Shown: positions 17,691 through 28,551 of the stretch, piece after piece
Layout: each line of letters opens with the position of its first letter
How positions within the stretch are numbered: position 1 is the stretch's first letter
Notes under the pieces: model-generated
Database searches by the model: none
Told to the model about the DNA's origin: nothing
What the model saw: only the letters and a program-made list of their open reading frames with translations
From: Escherichia phage ManiWeber_Bas99
DNA length: 64,000 bases
Reading direction: 5' to 3' (one strand)
Sequence record: PQ850618.1
Program-made: the position numbers and the translations under genes

Positions 17691-19871
17691 GTGTCTGACT
17701 CATTAGAAAAATTTGTGCTTCAATATACGGTGGACTTGAAAGAGTCCATCAATCGTCTTGAGCAATTGCAAGATAAAGTTGATCAGACAAACAAAAAGGC
17801 GAAATCCGCTGGCAAAGATTTCTCTGGAGCATTCAAAGATGTTTTTGGCGAGCTAAAGCCGCTTACTGGTGAGCTAGGGTCAATTGACGGAATACTTGCG
17901 CGGCTGACATATCGTTTTGCCGCGCTCGTTCCTGTTGTCGCAGGATTGGCAGTCGTCGTCAAATCCATCGTTGATGTTCGAAAAGAATACGAAGCGCAAA
18001 GAAAGCTTGGTTTTGAAGCCGGACTCTCTCCAATGGGTGTCGAACAACTACAACGACAGTTGAATGAAAGTTCAGGTGGCATCCTTGGCGCACAGGGGTC
18101 GCGAGACTTAATCAGCAAAGCTTCTAATCTGGCATTCAATGCATACACCAACCCCGATGTGATGAACAAGGACAACTTGTTGTTGAACAAGATGGGGACA
18201 AGTCCTTTCAACAGTAACGGCGGCATCAAAGACACGAATCAGCTGCTTGATGAAATTGGAACAAAGCTGAGAAGTGTTAATGAGCAAACCGCTCGTGCCA
18301 TTGGTGCTCTGGCAGGTTTTACCGCCGATGAAGTCCGCGCCCTTCGCGAGCGCAACCAGTCTGTGAAAGAAAGCACACGCATAAGCGATGAGGAAACGGC
18401 AAAGCTGCAGCGCCAACAAGCTGCTCTTGAGACTATACGAAATAGTATGGGGCAAATTCAAGAAGATTGGCGACGTATTGAATTGGTCATCGGTGAAAAC
18501 GTTATGCCTGCATTCTCGACGCTTGTCAGCAAAACCGCCGATACAGTCGAAGGATTCCAGATGATGTTCCAAAGAATGTCTGACGGATGGAGCGAATTTG
18601 TCGACAATTTCATTGCTGACTTGAAACACCCGTTTGATAAACAGGCGGCTGTTAACGAGCGTCACGAGCGTGCCGTTGATAGATGGATCACGCAGATGGC
18701 CGAAGGCGATGTGAAACGCCAGAGGAACCAGGAGCAAAACGCAGCTGAACAACGTTCTGCGCAAGCACTTTTCACTCGCGATATAAACCTGTTTTCAAGC
18801 GCCGTTTCAACATTTGCTGGCGTCATTGATGAGCGACAAGCATGGGCTGCATGGGCTGGTGAAATAGGACGAAGCGCAGGTCAATCTGCCATGCCTGGAA
18901 CACCAGCACTAAGTACTGGCGCGACCGTAGGCAACAACTTGGGATCAGGCAATCCGACCGCTTACGACTCAATCTATGAGGAAGCATCCAAGCGTTATGG
19001 AATCCCTGTTGCGATGATGAAGGCCGTAACAGAAGTCGAATCTGGATTCAACCCCAATGCCGTAAGCGGAGCAGGTGCGACCGGACTGATGCAAATCATG
19101 CCTTCCAACTTCAAGGGTCTTGGTATCACAGACGGCAACGACCCTAGACAAAACATTATGGGCGGCGCTCAACTGTTGAAAGAGTATTTAAACGCTGCCA
19201 ACGGCGATTGGAATCTTGCGCTGACGATGTATCACGGTGGCTACGACCGCAGCGGCTGGGGCAAGAATACACGCGCTTATCCTGGAAAGGTCATGGCCGC
19301 TCTCGACCGACAATCCAATGGTGAGTATGCCACGGCAGCGCCGCAAGGTGCACCAGTTACTCCAGTGCTTAGCGGTAGCGGAGCGGAAGCACCAAAGGGC
19401 AGCTATGCACCAGTACAAGGCCAATCGCGCCAAACGGTGCAATACAGGCAATTGCAAGAAGCCATTGCAGGATACCTGAACGTACCAGTTGAGCAGTTGA
19501 TGCAGGGACAAGTCAACAAAGGCGATATTGACTTTGCTCAAACTTACCTTAAGCTTGGAACGCAAAGGGATTATATTAAAAACATGCAACTGGCTTCAAC
19601 TCCAGGTGTAAGACCGAACATTCAAGCCGAAGCGATGAAAAACGCTCGTCTTGCTGCATTCCAACTTGAAGCATTCCAGAAATACGGCGGCGACCTTTCC
19701 GCGAATAGTCGACCTGGTGGGCGTGATATTACTATGGGTCAGAAAAACGTTGTCATCAACGTCAACGGCGCTCAAGACCCACGCAGCACGGCATTCGAAA
19801 CGAAACGAGTGCTTGAACAAGATGATATCAACGACATAAACAACCTTACTGCTACACCTTTGAAGTGGTGA
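17691..19871 (+). CDS. tape measure protein with lytic transglycosylase (SLT) domain
   Basis: 726 aa; coiled-coil N-terminus with a hydrophobic segment; C-terminal EVESGFNPNAVSGAGATGLMQIMP matches the SLT catalytic-Glu motif. Confidence 0.65.
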   Translation: MSDSLEKFVLQYTVDLKESINRLEQLQDKVDQTNKKAKSAGKDFSGAFKDVFGELKPLTGELGSIDGILARLTYRFAALVPVVAGLAVVVKSIVDVRKEYEAQRKLGFEAGLSPMGVEQLQRQLNESSGGILGAQGSRDLISKASNLAFNAYTNPDVMNKDNLLLNKMGTSPFNSNGGIKDTNQLLDEIGTKLRSVNEQTARAIGALAGFTADEVRALRERNQSVKESTRISDEETAKLQRQQAALETIRNSMGQIQEDWRRIELVIGENVMPAFSTLVSKTADTVEGFQMMFQRMSDGWSEFVDNFIADLKHPFDKQAAVNERHERAVDRWITQMAEGDVKRQRNQEQNAAEQRSAQALFTRDINLFSSAVSTFAGVIDERQAWAAWAGEIGRSAGQSAMPGTPALSTGATVGNNLGSGNPTAYDSIYEEASKRYGIPVAMMKAVTEVESGFNPNAVSGAGATGLMQIMPSNFKGLGITDGNDPRQNIMGGAQLLKEYLNAANGDWNLALTMYHGGYDRSGWGKNTRAYPGKVMAALDRQSNGEYATAAPQGAPVTPVLSGSGAEAPKGSYAPVQGQSRQTVQYRQLQEAIAGYLNVPVEQLMQGQVNKGDIDFAQTYLKLGTQRDYIKNMQLASTPGVRPNIQAEAMKNARLAAFQLEAFQKYGGDLSANSRPGGRDITMGQKNVVINVNGAQDPRSTAFETKRVLEQDDINDINNLTATPLKW

Positions 19872-19875
19872 TAAT

Positions 19876-20748
19876 TTGAAAAAGAGAATCCTTAAAGTCA
19901 CCTTATCTATGCCGGATGGCACAAGCCAAGTGCTTGATGAAGGATTGATGCTTAGATGCCGAATCAAAAAGGCAGCACTTTCCGTGCAAAATAAGGCCAC
20001 AATCGAAGTCGCAGGATTGACAGGGTACTTGAGAGAGTACCTGCTTTCCAACTTCACCGCATTCAACAAACGTCTGCGTGATCAAGGCCAATTGGCGGCG
20101 AATTACGTCAACGTAACAATTGAAGCTGGATATAGAGAAGGCAACGTTGTTAGCAGCAACTTGGTATACAAGGGACAGGTGACGACTGTCGAGATAACAG
20201 CGCCGCCGCCGAACATCGTCATACGCATCACTTGCTACACCAACCAGATAAACAGGACTAAGTTTATCACTCAAGCTGCACCGTCAAACCCAACCTTCAA
20301 AGAGTTTGTGGAGTGGTCAGCAAAGCAAATGGATATTGATACTGTTATATGCGATACGTCGATTAACAATCAGCGCCTTGTTAACCCAGGCCGCACAACA
20401 TATGTTGCAGCAGCCTTGCTGCTTGAGATTCAGAACTATCAAAGGAACTCTATTGCGGCATATATCGATGATGATACGCTCATCGTCAAGGATAAAGACA
20501 AAATTCTGAATCCAGAACAGATAACGGTGATTGAGGAATTTGTCGGAATACCGATGTGGAACGAGTGGGGCGCTGACTTCACTTGCATGTATAACGCGGA
20601 TTTGAAGCTTGCCCAAGGTGTGAAATTCAAATCAGTCTTAAACCCAAGCTTGAACGACACCACATTCGTCATCATGCAACTTGAATATGATTTAGCAAGT
20701 CGTGATGACATATTTACGGTGACGGGCGGCGTTGCACCATCGGCCTAA
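19876..20748 (+). CDS. hypothetical tail/baseplate protein
   Basis: 290 aa after the tape measure; TTG start in track, alternative ATG at 19909. Confidence 0.45.
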   Translation: MKKRILKVTLSMPDGTSQVLDEGLMLRCRIKKAALSVQNKATIEVAGLTGYLREYLLSNFTAFNKRLRDQGQLAANYVNVTIEAGYREGNVVSSNLVYKGQVTTVEITAPPPNIVIRITCYTNQINRTKFITQAAPSNPTFKEFVEWSAKQMDIDTVICDTSINNQRLVNPGRTTYVAAALLLEIQNYQRNSIAAYIDDDTLIVKDKDKILNPEQITVIEEFVGIPMWNEWGADFTCMYNADLKLAQGVKFKSVLNPSLNDTTFVIMQLEYDLASRDDIFTVTGGVAPSA

Positions 20749-20750
20749 AT

Positions 20751-21272
20751 ATGAGAAAGAATAAAGTAATTGAGTTGTTTGGAGTTACTTATGAAATACA
20801 TCAATTCAGCGCAATAGATGCGTTTGAAATGGTTGATGCGATAAGCATATTAACTCCACTTGAATTATTAAGTGAATGTCATGTTATTAAATATGACGGA
20901 ACTAAAGTCAGGTTGAATTCTGAGAAGGCCATCAGTGAAGAAGTGAAAAGTGTGCCAAATCACTTGCCGCCCAACCTTGTATTGAAAGTTCTAATGGAAG
21001 CGGTAAAGAAGCACAATTTTGGATTCCTCAGTGATTGGAAAGGCACTAAGATTCCAAATAGATTCTTGGCTGACGTTCCGACCGTGGAGCCTAATTATCT
21101 TGAGCCGATGGTTGCAAGCCTAATAAACAATGGTCTTGCTTCGTTAAAAGAATTGGAAGAATATTATTCATTGCGTGATGCATTCGCCATGTTTGATGGA
21201 CTAATAGCAAAATCACTTAATGAAGCCTACTCAAACGAAGCTGCCATTAAAGAATCAAAGTCAAATCGCTAA
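20751..21272 (+). CDS. hypothetical baseplate protein
   Basis: 173 aa ORF. Confidence 0.45.
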   Translation: MRKNKVIELFGVTYEIHQFSAIDAFEMVDAISILTPLELLSECHVIKYDGTKVRLNSEKAISEEVKSVPNHLPPNLVLKVLMEAVKKHNFGFLSDWKGTKIPNRFLADVPTVEPNYLEPMVASLINNGLASLKELEEYYSLRDAFAMFDGLIAKSLNEAYSNEAAIKESKSNR

Positions 21273-21329
21273 AATATTGCTTATAGACTCCTTATAGATT
21301 ATAATTTGTTGATCAGATATAAGGAGTCT

Positions 21330-22058
21330 ATGATGGCAGAAAAGTTAACCCAACTTACAAGCCCCAACCAAACTGACAAATCAAGTATGTTTGCCGCGCT
21401 GCAGGGAATGCTGGACCGTGGCAAGTATACCACTGACGGCATGATTCCTGCACAAGTAATATCTTATGACCGCAAACAGAATTTAGCAGTCATAAAGCCT
21501 GTTATTCATTTCGTAAGTCTTGATGATAGACCAGTGGAGCGTCAACCACTGGTGTCAATTCCTGTATTGGCAATCGGCGGCGGCGGCTTCGTAATCAACT
21601 TTCCTCTGAAAGAGGGTGATTTGGGCTGGATATTCGCTGGCGACCGCGAGTTGTCGACATTCCTTGAAGAATTGAAGCCGACCGCGCCTACCAATGGCCG
21701 CGCGAAAACTTTCGCTGATGGACTGTTCATACCGGATGTATTTAGAAAATACACCATAAGCGGAGAGGATGCAGGCTCAATGGTAATCCAGTCACTCAGC
21801 GGCGCTGTCCGCATTGCATTAAGTGATGACTCGATAAACATAACTGCATCGGCTGGAGTAAATGTGAAAACACCAATAACCACTATCGACCAACAATTGA
21901 TAGTTAATGGAAAGGCAACGTTCAATGGTGGTATAGAAGGGAAAGAAGGAACGACGGCAACGCTTCCGACTGGCACAACAATCGGCGGCACAAATGTATC
22001 CACTCACGGTCACATAGGTAACGGACCTGGAAACAGAACTGGGGATATGATAGAATGA
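21330..22058 (+). CDS. baseplate hub/spike-like protein
   Basis: ATG at 21330 after AAGGAG; Gly-rich C-terminus; placed before the baseplate J-like gene. Confidence 0.4.
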   Translation: MMAEKLTQLTSPNQTDKSSMFAALQGMLDRGKYTTDGMIPAQVISYDRKQNLAVIKPVIHFVSLDDRPVERQPLVSIPVLAIGGGGFVINFPLKEGDLGWIFAGDRELSTFLEELKPTAPTNGRAKTFADGLFIPDVFRKYTISGEDAGSMVIQSLSGAVRIALSDDSINITASAGVNVKTPITTIDQQLIVNGKATFNGGIEGKEGTTATLPTGTTIGGTNVSTHGHIGNGPGNRTGDMIE

Positions 22059-23326
22059 GTGCACAATATTCTTACATAGTAAGCACTGGTGTAATAACCA
22101 TCGACACAGCCGATTTGCTGGCTGACGTTCAAAGTGAATGGATTGAGTCATTAGGGGTCGGGCTTGACGTTGATGCCTCGACACCGCAAGGCACCCTAAT
22201 CGCGACAGAGACTTTGGCAAGAACTTCAGTCATGAAGAACAATGCCGAGCTGGGAAGTCTCATCAACCCTAATTATTCATATGGCGTATACCTTGATGCC
22301 ATCGCGGCGTTGCTTGGTATTGAGCGAACGAAAAACATCAGCACGATGTTGAAAGGAATTACCGCAGAAGGAACGCCGCTGTTGGAAATTCCTGCTGGAA
22401 GTTTGCTGACGGATTCAAACGGTACATACTGGTATGTTCTTGAAGACGTTCAAATCACTTCGACTGGCAAGACAGGCAATATGACTCTTGCATCAAAAGA
22501 GTATGGCTCATTTACTGTTGCGCCTGATGAAGAGTTTACCGTGGTGCAAGGATATGACGTCATCGGATGGTCAAGAACGTATTCAACATCAGCAACGACG
22601 ACCGTACCAGGTACGCAATACATGGGCGACGGAGCGTTAAAGGCCGCTCGCGTTAAGCGCCTTTACCAGCAGGGAATTGCATCGCTTGGTGCTATTCGCG
22701 CTCGCGCCATGTCGGTCGACGGCGTGGAATCGGTGATGGTCGTGGAGAACGACACGGGATTGCCTGGAACGGTGCGCGGCATCACCTTTTCAACGCCTAA
22801 CGGTGTCTGGGTGTGCGCAAGCGGAACGTTCGATAAGCAAGTTTTTGCTGAGACTATTTTCAAGGCAAAGATGGGTGGCCAGCCGTGGGACTTTGGTGCT
22901 ACCAACCAGGGTGATCCAGTCAACTCGCCTGATGGAATAGAAGTTGTCGACGAAGAATCGCAACTGTCTTATTTCGTAAAGTTCAACACTGCTGTCATAT
23001 ATGACTTGTATGTCGACATTACTGTTGTAAGAGGCACCGCAACCGCCGATGCCGAATCTATTATTGCCGCTGTGTTGAATTACGGTAATGGAAATTTTAA
23101 CGGCGAGCAAGGATATGCAGTGGGCCAATCTCAATCTTCTTTTGAGATTGCTTCAGCAGTGTCTTGCGAGTATCCAGGTCTGTACATTAAAGATTGCAAA
23201 ATTGCAGCAGTAAAAAGCGGACAGGCAGCGCCAAATTATCCATCCGATTACGGCAGCGAGTGGATTGCCAATCCTTGGGATAAGGCTAATACTATGCGCG
23301 GCTTCATCAACGTTAAATTTGTGTGA
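22055..23326 (+). CDS. baseplate J-like protein
   Basis: 423 aa; size and position typical of a baseplate wedge subunit; no motif verified. Confidence 0.4.
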   Translation: MSAQYSYIVSTGVITIDTADLLADVQSEWIESLGVGLDVDASTPQGTLIATETLARTSVMKNNAELGSLINPNYSYGVYLDAIAALLGIERTKNISTMLKGITAEGTPLLEIPAGSLLTDSNGTYWYVLEDVQITSTGKTGNMTLASKEYGSFTVAPDEEFTVVQGYDVIGWSRTYSTSATTTVPGTQYMGDGALKAARVKRLYQQGIASLGAIRARAMSVDGVESVMVVENDTGLPGTVRGITFSTPNGVWVCASGTFDKQVFAETIFKAKMGGQPWDFGATNQGDPVNSPDGIEVVDEESQLSYFVKFNTAVIYDLYVDITVVRGTATADAESIIAAVLNYGNGNFNGEQGYAVGQSQSSFEIASAVSCEYPGLYIKDCKIAAVKSGQAAPNYPSDYGSEWIANPWDKANTMRGFINVKFV

Positions 23327-23332
23327 GGAACT

Positions 23333-26071
23333 ATGCAAAAGTTTGACACAAACCTGTTGCAAAACCTTAAGTGGATGCAGAACAATGCGCCAAACATCAC
23401 ATCTTTGGTGCAAAAGAAAAGTGACTGGTATGAAAGATACCAAGATCAGTTTTGGACTGACTGGTACAATAACATTTTTAACATTGACACTTGTGATGCA
23501 ATGGGCATTTATATTTGGTGCGACATTCTTTGCATACCAAGAGACTTTGTGGACTTAAGCAATTATGAGCACAACTGGGCGTTTGGACCGACGCGCGACA
23601 ACTTTGAAGGTGCGGACAACATCGGCGGCAACTTCTTTGGTGCTGGCGGGAAGGTTGTAAAGAATATCGAAGAAGCGCGCATACTTCTTAAGCTTCGTTA
23701 TCTGACGCTTACAAGTGATGGCCGCATCGAAAGTATCAACCGCATGCTTAAGTGGATTTTTAACCGTGGAGAGGCTTGGGATTACTCTTCATCACGCTAC
23801 GCATATGTGACCGACAATACTCAAGGTGCGGTGTCTTCATCTGAATCAACAAATGGCTCATTCCTTCTGTACGACTGGCAAGGGTCAACTGAGATTCAGC
23901 ATGATTATAAGCAGATACTTTTAAGCCATGGCAACAACGCCGGGCTGACCATCAGCGGAGTGTCAGGCACCGTGTCACGGATGGCGCACCCAGATTGGTA
24001 CTCATGGGGAAATGGTTCCGGCACAGGGATTGTCGGCGGCGACACCAGACAGTATGGTGGGCCTGATTACTATGGGCAGTTGTGTGGTGATTACCCAGGC
24101 GAGGCCATAGAGAATTTTGCCAACGCAGTAAGGGTCATCAAGACGGCTTCAAGCGGTGAGCCTGTGTATTCTTTGGCCAATAAACCAAGTGCCAAATCAA
24201 TTTCGCTTCCTTCGCAGGCTGGCGTCAACGTTTGCTATAGCTTCTACATAAAGGTGCTTTCTGAAAATGTCGCTTCTGTTTCTGTTACAGAGAATAGTGA
24301 TGCATCGAGTAATGGAAAGCTGTTTGACCCCGTCACTGGCCAGTTCAACTTGGACCCGTCATTGAGCTATTTCATCAAAGGTAAATTCGATGGAGTAAGA
24401 AGGGAATCAAACCGTGGTGGCATAAAAGCAATTGGCGGCGATTGGTATCGAATCTGGATTGTAGAGCAGACGGCAACCGCTGCTTCTGGAGTAAGTACCA
24501 GCTTTTCAATAGAGTTGAAGGCGACTGCCGCTGGATCAACTCAAACTCGTGAATTGCCTGAAGGGTCTGATGCTCTTTTGTTTGGATACTCGATTTGCGT
24601 CTGCGACCCTGTTCAGAATCCAAATGGACCTGAGCCTTATTTTTATGGAACGCAAAACCCTCCTTCTGACGGAACAGCAATCCTGTCTGTAACGGCGGGA
24701 ACGCTCAATAACATCTCCTGTGCAAACGGACCGCTGACGACAAGAAACGGTGTAGTTGGCGAGTCATTCATGCAACCTGGCTCATCACTTGCATACTCTG
24801 GCTCAATCGGCGGCTACCCGTACCCAGGGAACGCCACGCTGATTGCAGAGACTGATGGAATCAGACGCTCATGGAACGTTAGCAGGCTGGATGGAGTACC
24901 GCCGCCGCCGACCGCCGACTATTACATGGAATACGTCATCGGACCTTATTTCGCCAACAACCTGTCTGACAACTTTAAGACGCTAGTTGGCGACAGGAAT
25001 GAAGGATTCTTGCCAGCAAATGCCGGAATACGCTGGCAGCTTTACCAAGAAGTCGCAGACTTATCTGATATCGATTTGACTGTCAGCGACATAACAGACA
25101 CGCGCGTAGGATTTGAAACGGAAGGTGTTGCGTGGATTAACACTGACGGTATCATCAGAGTTGGCGGCATTAACGAGTGGCCACTGAACAACTTCAACGG
25201 TGTGATACGCCAGCTTGAATCTTTGAAAGGTGTAAACCAGGTCGTCGACGGCGCGCTTGTCAACGACTATTCAATCTCAAAAGCATCAAGAGATGACTTT
25301 GGTCGTGAAATACCACGCGCGGCAATCACTAACTATTGGCGCTACACACAGCCAAATGACGGTACATCTTTTGGCAATATCATTGAGGATGGCGCAAACA
25401 CTGTCACAGCGACGCCAATCAGCGGTGCGCCCAACCAGTTCCCATCATTCAAGCTTTCCGCTACAATAGGGACTGTGCCAGCATCCGGTTATGCACGCGC
25501 TGTACTTGCTACTAAATACACTGGCACCCTGACCGGCCCTTTGTCATTTATCGCGATAGTCAAAAACAACACGGTTAACGGTCAAAAACTTTTTGTAACT
25601 GTACCGGACGGGATGGGCGACTATATCCCTAAATTCTACAACATAGGCGCAGGTGATTTGCAACGTATCGAAATTGACCTTGCCGCTGAGATTGTTGAAG
25701 GCGCTACCTGGGATGGATCAACAGGTGGCATCAGCATCGGTTTGATATCAGGGAAAGACTTGCCGACCGAAGTTGGTACGACTCTTGAACTTGATATTTT
25801 AAGCTTGATGCTTGTGTCTGGTAATACGATGAATGCGCTTGCAATTTCAACAAGCGAAGATTTCGCAAAGAAAACTGCGACTTCTATATACATCAAAAAC
25901 CCAGGATCACTTGCCACTGGAGTTCAATTGATTGCTTCTAATGGTGATGTTGTAGCAACAGTAAACTTTCCGAGAAGTGCTGCTGGTGGTTATGTTTCAA
26001 GCATGAACATAACTGACTTAACTGGTGATTGGGCATCAACCCTTTTATCAAAAATTAAATACATCGTGTAG
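23333..26071 (+). CDS. large tail fiber / baseplate-associated protein
   Basis: 912 aa, Gly/Ser/Thr/Asn-rich, in the distal tail module. Confidence 0.5.
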   Translation: MQKFDTNLLQNLKWMQNNAPNITSLVQKKSDWYERYQDQFWTDWYNNIFNIDTCDAMGIYIWCDILCIPRDFVDLSNYEHNWAFGPTRDNFEGADNIGGNFFGAGGKVVKNIEEARILLKLRYLTLTSDGRIESINRMLKWIFNRGEAWDYSSSRYAYVTDNTQGAVSSSESTNGSFLLYDWQGSTEIQHDYKQILLSHGNNAGLTISGVSGTVSRMAHPDWYSWGNGSGTGIVGGDTRQYGGPDYYGQLCGDYPGEAIENFANAVRVIKTASSGEPVYSLANKPSAKSISLPSQAGVNVCYSFYIKVLSENVASVSVTENSDASSNGKLFDPVTGQFNLDPSLSYFIKGKFDGVRRESNRGGIKAIGGDWYRIWIVEQTATAASGVSTSFSIELKATAAGSTQTRELPEGSDALLFGYSICVCDPVQNPNGPEPYFYGTQNPPSDGTAILSVTAGTLNNISCANGPLTTRNGVVGESFMQPGSSLAYSGSIGGYPYPGNATLIAETDGIRRSWNVSRLDGVPPPPTADYYMEYVIGPYFANNLSDNFKTLVGDRNEGFLPANAGIRWQLYQEVADLSDIDLTVSDITDTRVGFETEGVAWINTDGIIRVGGINEWPLNNFNGVIRQLESLKGVNQVVDGALVNDYSISKASRDDFGREIPRAAITNYWRYTQPNDGTSFGNIIEDGANTVTATPISGAPNQFPSFKLSATIGTVPASGYARAVLATKYTGTLTGPLSFIAIVKNNTVNGQKLFVTVPDGMGDYIPKFYNIGAGDLQRIEIDLAAEIVEGATWDGSTGGISIGLISGKDLPTEVGTTLELDILSLMLVSGNTMNALAISTSEDFAKKTATSIYIKNPGSLATGVQLIASNGDVVATVNFPRSAAGGYVSSMNITDLTGDWASTLLSKIKYIV

Positions 26072-26081
26072 AGGAACGGCA

Positions 26082-27866
26082 ATGCCAACACTTATTAACA
26101 GACCTTTCGCGCAAAGCGGTGATGTATCCGTGGTGCCGGATGCAAGTCCAAGCGGTTATGTGAACTTCCAGCGCGGCTACACCCCTGACTATGCACTTGC
26201 CCTGGAAGCCGGAAACGTCGCCGCGAAAGCGGTTGAACGTGAGTCGATGAACTGGTTGCTGAATCTGATCACCGACAACCTTATGTTCATCCAGGACCAC
26301 GGCGCTCAACAGTATTTCTCGTCTGACTTGAAGCCAGATGGATACCCGAAAAATGCCATCGTTGTCAGCAACTCTGGCACCCCTTCAGCGCCTGAATGGC
26401 GCATTTTCCAGAGTGTGGTAGACGGCAACACCAGCGCAGTCCCAGCTAACGGCGAAACGGAATCTTGGCAGGAATTGACGCTGCCTAGCGAAGCGAGAAA
26501 ATATATTCCTATGCCTGCTGGCGGCGATGCGCAAAACCCGTATTTTGTTCGCGGACTGATTTCAAACTTTGTGGACTTTGATAATATCACGACTTCCACA
26601 ACTATTGTCATCCAATCTGACGCCGTTGCCGCTCTCTGCTCTAACATCCCGAACGCGGTTGGTGCGACGAAGGTTGCAGGTCGTCTCCAGGTTTGCGCTT
26701 GGCAGGTTGATGCGCAAACTTTTGCCCTGCAGCAATACACATCAATGAACGGATATGTTTTCACCCGCTCTTATACTTCTGGTGCTTGGAGTGCCTGGAT
26801 TCAAAATGCTACTGTTCAAGACGTGCAAATTGGAACGCCGAATCTTGCATCAGGTAAAGGCGCACAAGATATAATCCTTACCGTTCCAGCAGGTTATTCA
26901 TGGCCTCCGTCAGCAGGTAGTCGCCTGACAATCGTCAATGATGTGACGACTACCGGACCTGTCACCGTGACCATTGGTGTAAACAAAGTTGCCGTTCTTG
27001 GATTCGACGGCAGCGAGTTGCCAGCTGGCGCTATCGTAGGCCTGTTGCCATTCACCATCATCTATGACGGCACTGTTTGGCGTCTTCTTCAGGCATTCGG
27101 CGCGGCGCAAATCGGCGTTGATGCTACGGAGCCGCAGCAGTTTGTTACCAAAAGGCAACTTGACGCGCTTGCCGCGAAGTTGATTACCATGGGCGACGTA
27201 TTCGAAGTTGGTGAGACTCGATTCCTTACCAACGGGACCAACCCAAATACTAAACTGGGCGCTTACGGTCAGGTATGGACAAGGTTGCCTGATAACATGG
27301 TGATTCGCACGTCTGGAACGGCGCGAAACGGTCTTGATACAGGCGGTGCAGACTCTGTTACTCTTACCGCCGCAATGCTTCCACTCCACAATCACAGTGT
27401 GAACATTACCACGCGACAAAGTGGTCCATGGTCCAATACCACTGGAGACGCAGGCAACCATAGCCACACAGGCGATACAAGCCAAAACGGTGCTCACTCT
27501 CACGGTATGGATGCAGCTGGTAACCACCATCACGACAGCGGATGGGGCGAGGCGTATGCCGACCAAGCTCGATACGGAGTTTATGATGGAACAAACAACA
27601 ACATTGGAAGCAGAAAGACGGATTATGATAACTACAAGTTCAACACTTCAACTAACGGCAACCATGTCCACAATATTCAATCTTCTGGTTCACACACCCA
27701 TGGCTTGAATATTCAATTTTCCGGCAATCACAGCCACGGCTATACACTTCCCGCTCACACTCACGATGTGGTCGGTAACACTGGCGATGCAGGGCAGTCG
27801 GTGCCAACGGCTGTTTCAACTCTGCCGCGATACGTTGTTTTGAATGGCTGGTACAGAAGCGCATAA
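26082..27866 (+). CDS. tail fiber protein with C-terminal His-x-His repeats
   Basis: ATG at 26082 with GAGGAA SD; C-terminal NHSH, AHSHG, NHHHD, NHVHN, SHTHG, NHSHG, AHTHD repeats resemble metal-binding HxH motifs of fiber tips. Confidence 0.55.
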   Translation: MPTLINRPFAQSGDVSVVPDASPSGYVNFQRGYTPDYALALEAGNVAAKAVERESMNWLLNLITDNLMFIQDHGAQQYFSSDLKPDGYPKNAIVVSNSGTPSAPEWRIFQSVVDGNTSAVPANGETESWQELTLPSEARKYIPMPAGGDAQNPYFVRGLISNFVDFDNITTSTTIVIQSDAVAALCSNIPNAVGATKVAGRLQVCAWQVDAQTFALQQYTSMNGYVFTRSYTSGAWSAWIQNATVQDVQIGTPNLASGKGAQDIILTVPAGYSWPPSAGSRLTIVNDVTTTGPVTVTIGVNKVAVLGFDGSELPAGAIVGLLPFTIIYDGTVWRLLQAFGAAQIGVDATEPQQFVTKRQLDALAAKLITMGDVFEVGETRFLTNGTNPNTKLGAYGQVWTRLPDNMVIRTSGTARNGLDTGGADSVTLTAAMLPLHNHSVNITTRQSGPWSNTTGDAGNHSHTGDTSQNGAHSHGMDAAGNHHHDSGWGEAYADQARYGVYDGTNNNIGSRKTDYDNYKFNTSTNGNHVHNIQSSGSHTHGLNIQFSGNHSHGYTLPAHTHDVVGNTGDAGQSVPTAVSTLPRYVVLNGWYRSA

Positions 27867-27874
27867 GGTGATTT

Positions 27875-28519
27875 ATGATTAATGCAAACGTAATATCTAA
27901 AGGGACCGGATGCAGCATGGATGTTGCTGAAAAATGGGTCGACCCCTTCAAGCAGGCTTGTGAGCACTACGGAATCAAAAGCAAGAATGCCATCGCGGCG
28001 CTGCTTGCAAACGTAGGAGTGGAAACAGGCAGTCTGAAGACCTTTGTGGAAAACCTGAATTATTCCGCTCAAGGTCTTGCTAATACGTGGCCTAGCCGTT
28101 ACAGCGCCAGCGGTCGTTTCGGTGGCGCACCAAACTCCTTGGCATTGTCGATTGCCCGTAAACCAATGGAAATCGCCAATAATACATATGCAAACCGAAT
28201 GGGAAATGATTCGGTAGCATCTGGCGACGGTTGGAAGTACCGTGGCCGTGGTGCCATTCAGCTGACTGGAAAGGCTAACTATGCAGAGTATTCAAAACAA
28301 TCAGGGTATGACGCATTGAATAACCCTGACATTTTGACTGAGCCGAAATACATCGCTGACAGCGCGGCGTGGTTCTTCAAGAACAGCGGTTGCATTCCAC
28401 TTGCCGATGCGGGTGCATTTGATTCGACCGTGAAGCGGATTAACGGGGCCGCGCCGAATACGGCCAACCACGGGGATTTGCGACGGAAGCGTTACAAGGA
28501 TGCACTAGCAGTTATGTAA
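27875..28519 (+). CDS. endolysin, glycoside hydrolase family 19-like
   Basis: 214 aa; LANVGVETGSL...VENLNYS...YRGRGAIQLTGKANY fits the GH19 catalytic region. Confidence 0.65.
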   Translation: MINANVISKGTGCSMDVAEKWVDPFKQACEHYGIKSKNAIAALLANVGVETGSLKTFVENLNYSAQGLANTWPSRYSASGRFGGAPNSLALSIARKPMEIANNTYANRMGNDSVASGDGWKYRGRGAIQLTGKANYAEYSKQSGYDALNNPDILTEPKYIADSAAWFFKNSGCIPLADAGAFDSTVKRINGAAPNTANHGDLRRKRYKDALAVM

Positions 28520-28520
28520 G

Positions 28521-28551
28521 AAAAAGGCCCATATGGGCCTTTGTTTATTTT
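28521..28551. terminator. bidirectional rho-independent terminator
   Basis: AAAAAGGCCCATATGGGCCTTTGTTTATTTT: GC stem with A-run upstream and T-run downstream, between convergent genes. Confidence 0.6.

Noticed and set aside
18108-18764. Long antisense ORFs inside large genes (e.g. 18108..18764, 26910..27566, 49600..50238, 31760..32563)
   Set aside because: Fully contained within better-supported genes on the opposite strand, unusual composition and no RBS; treated as shadow ORFs.
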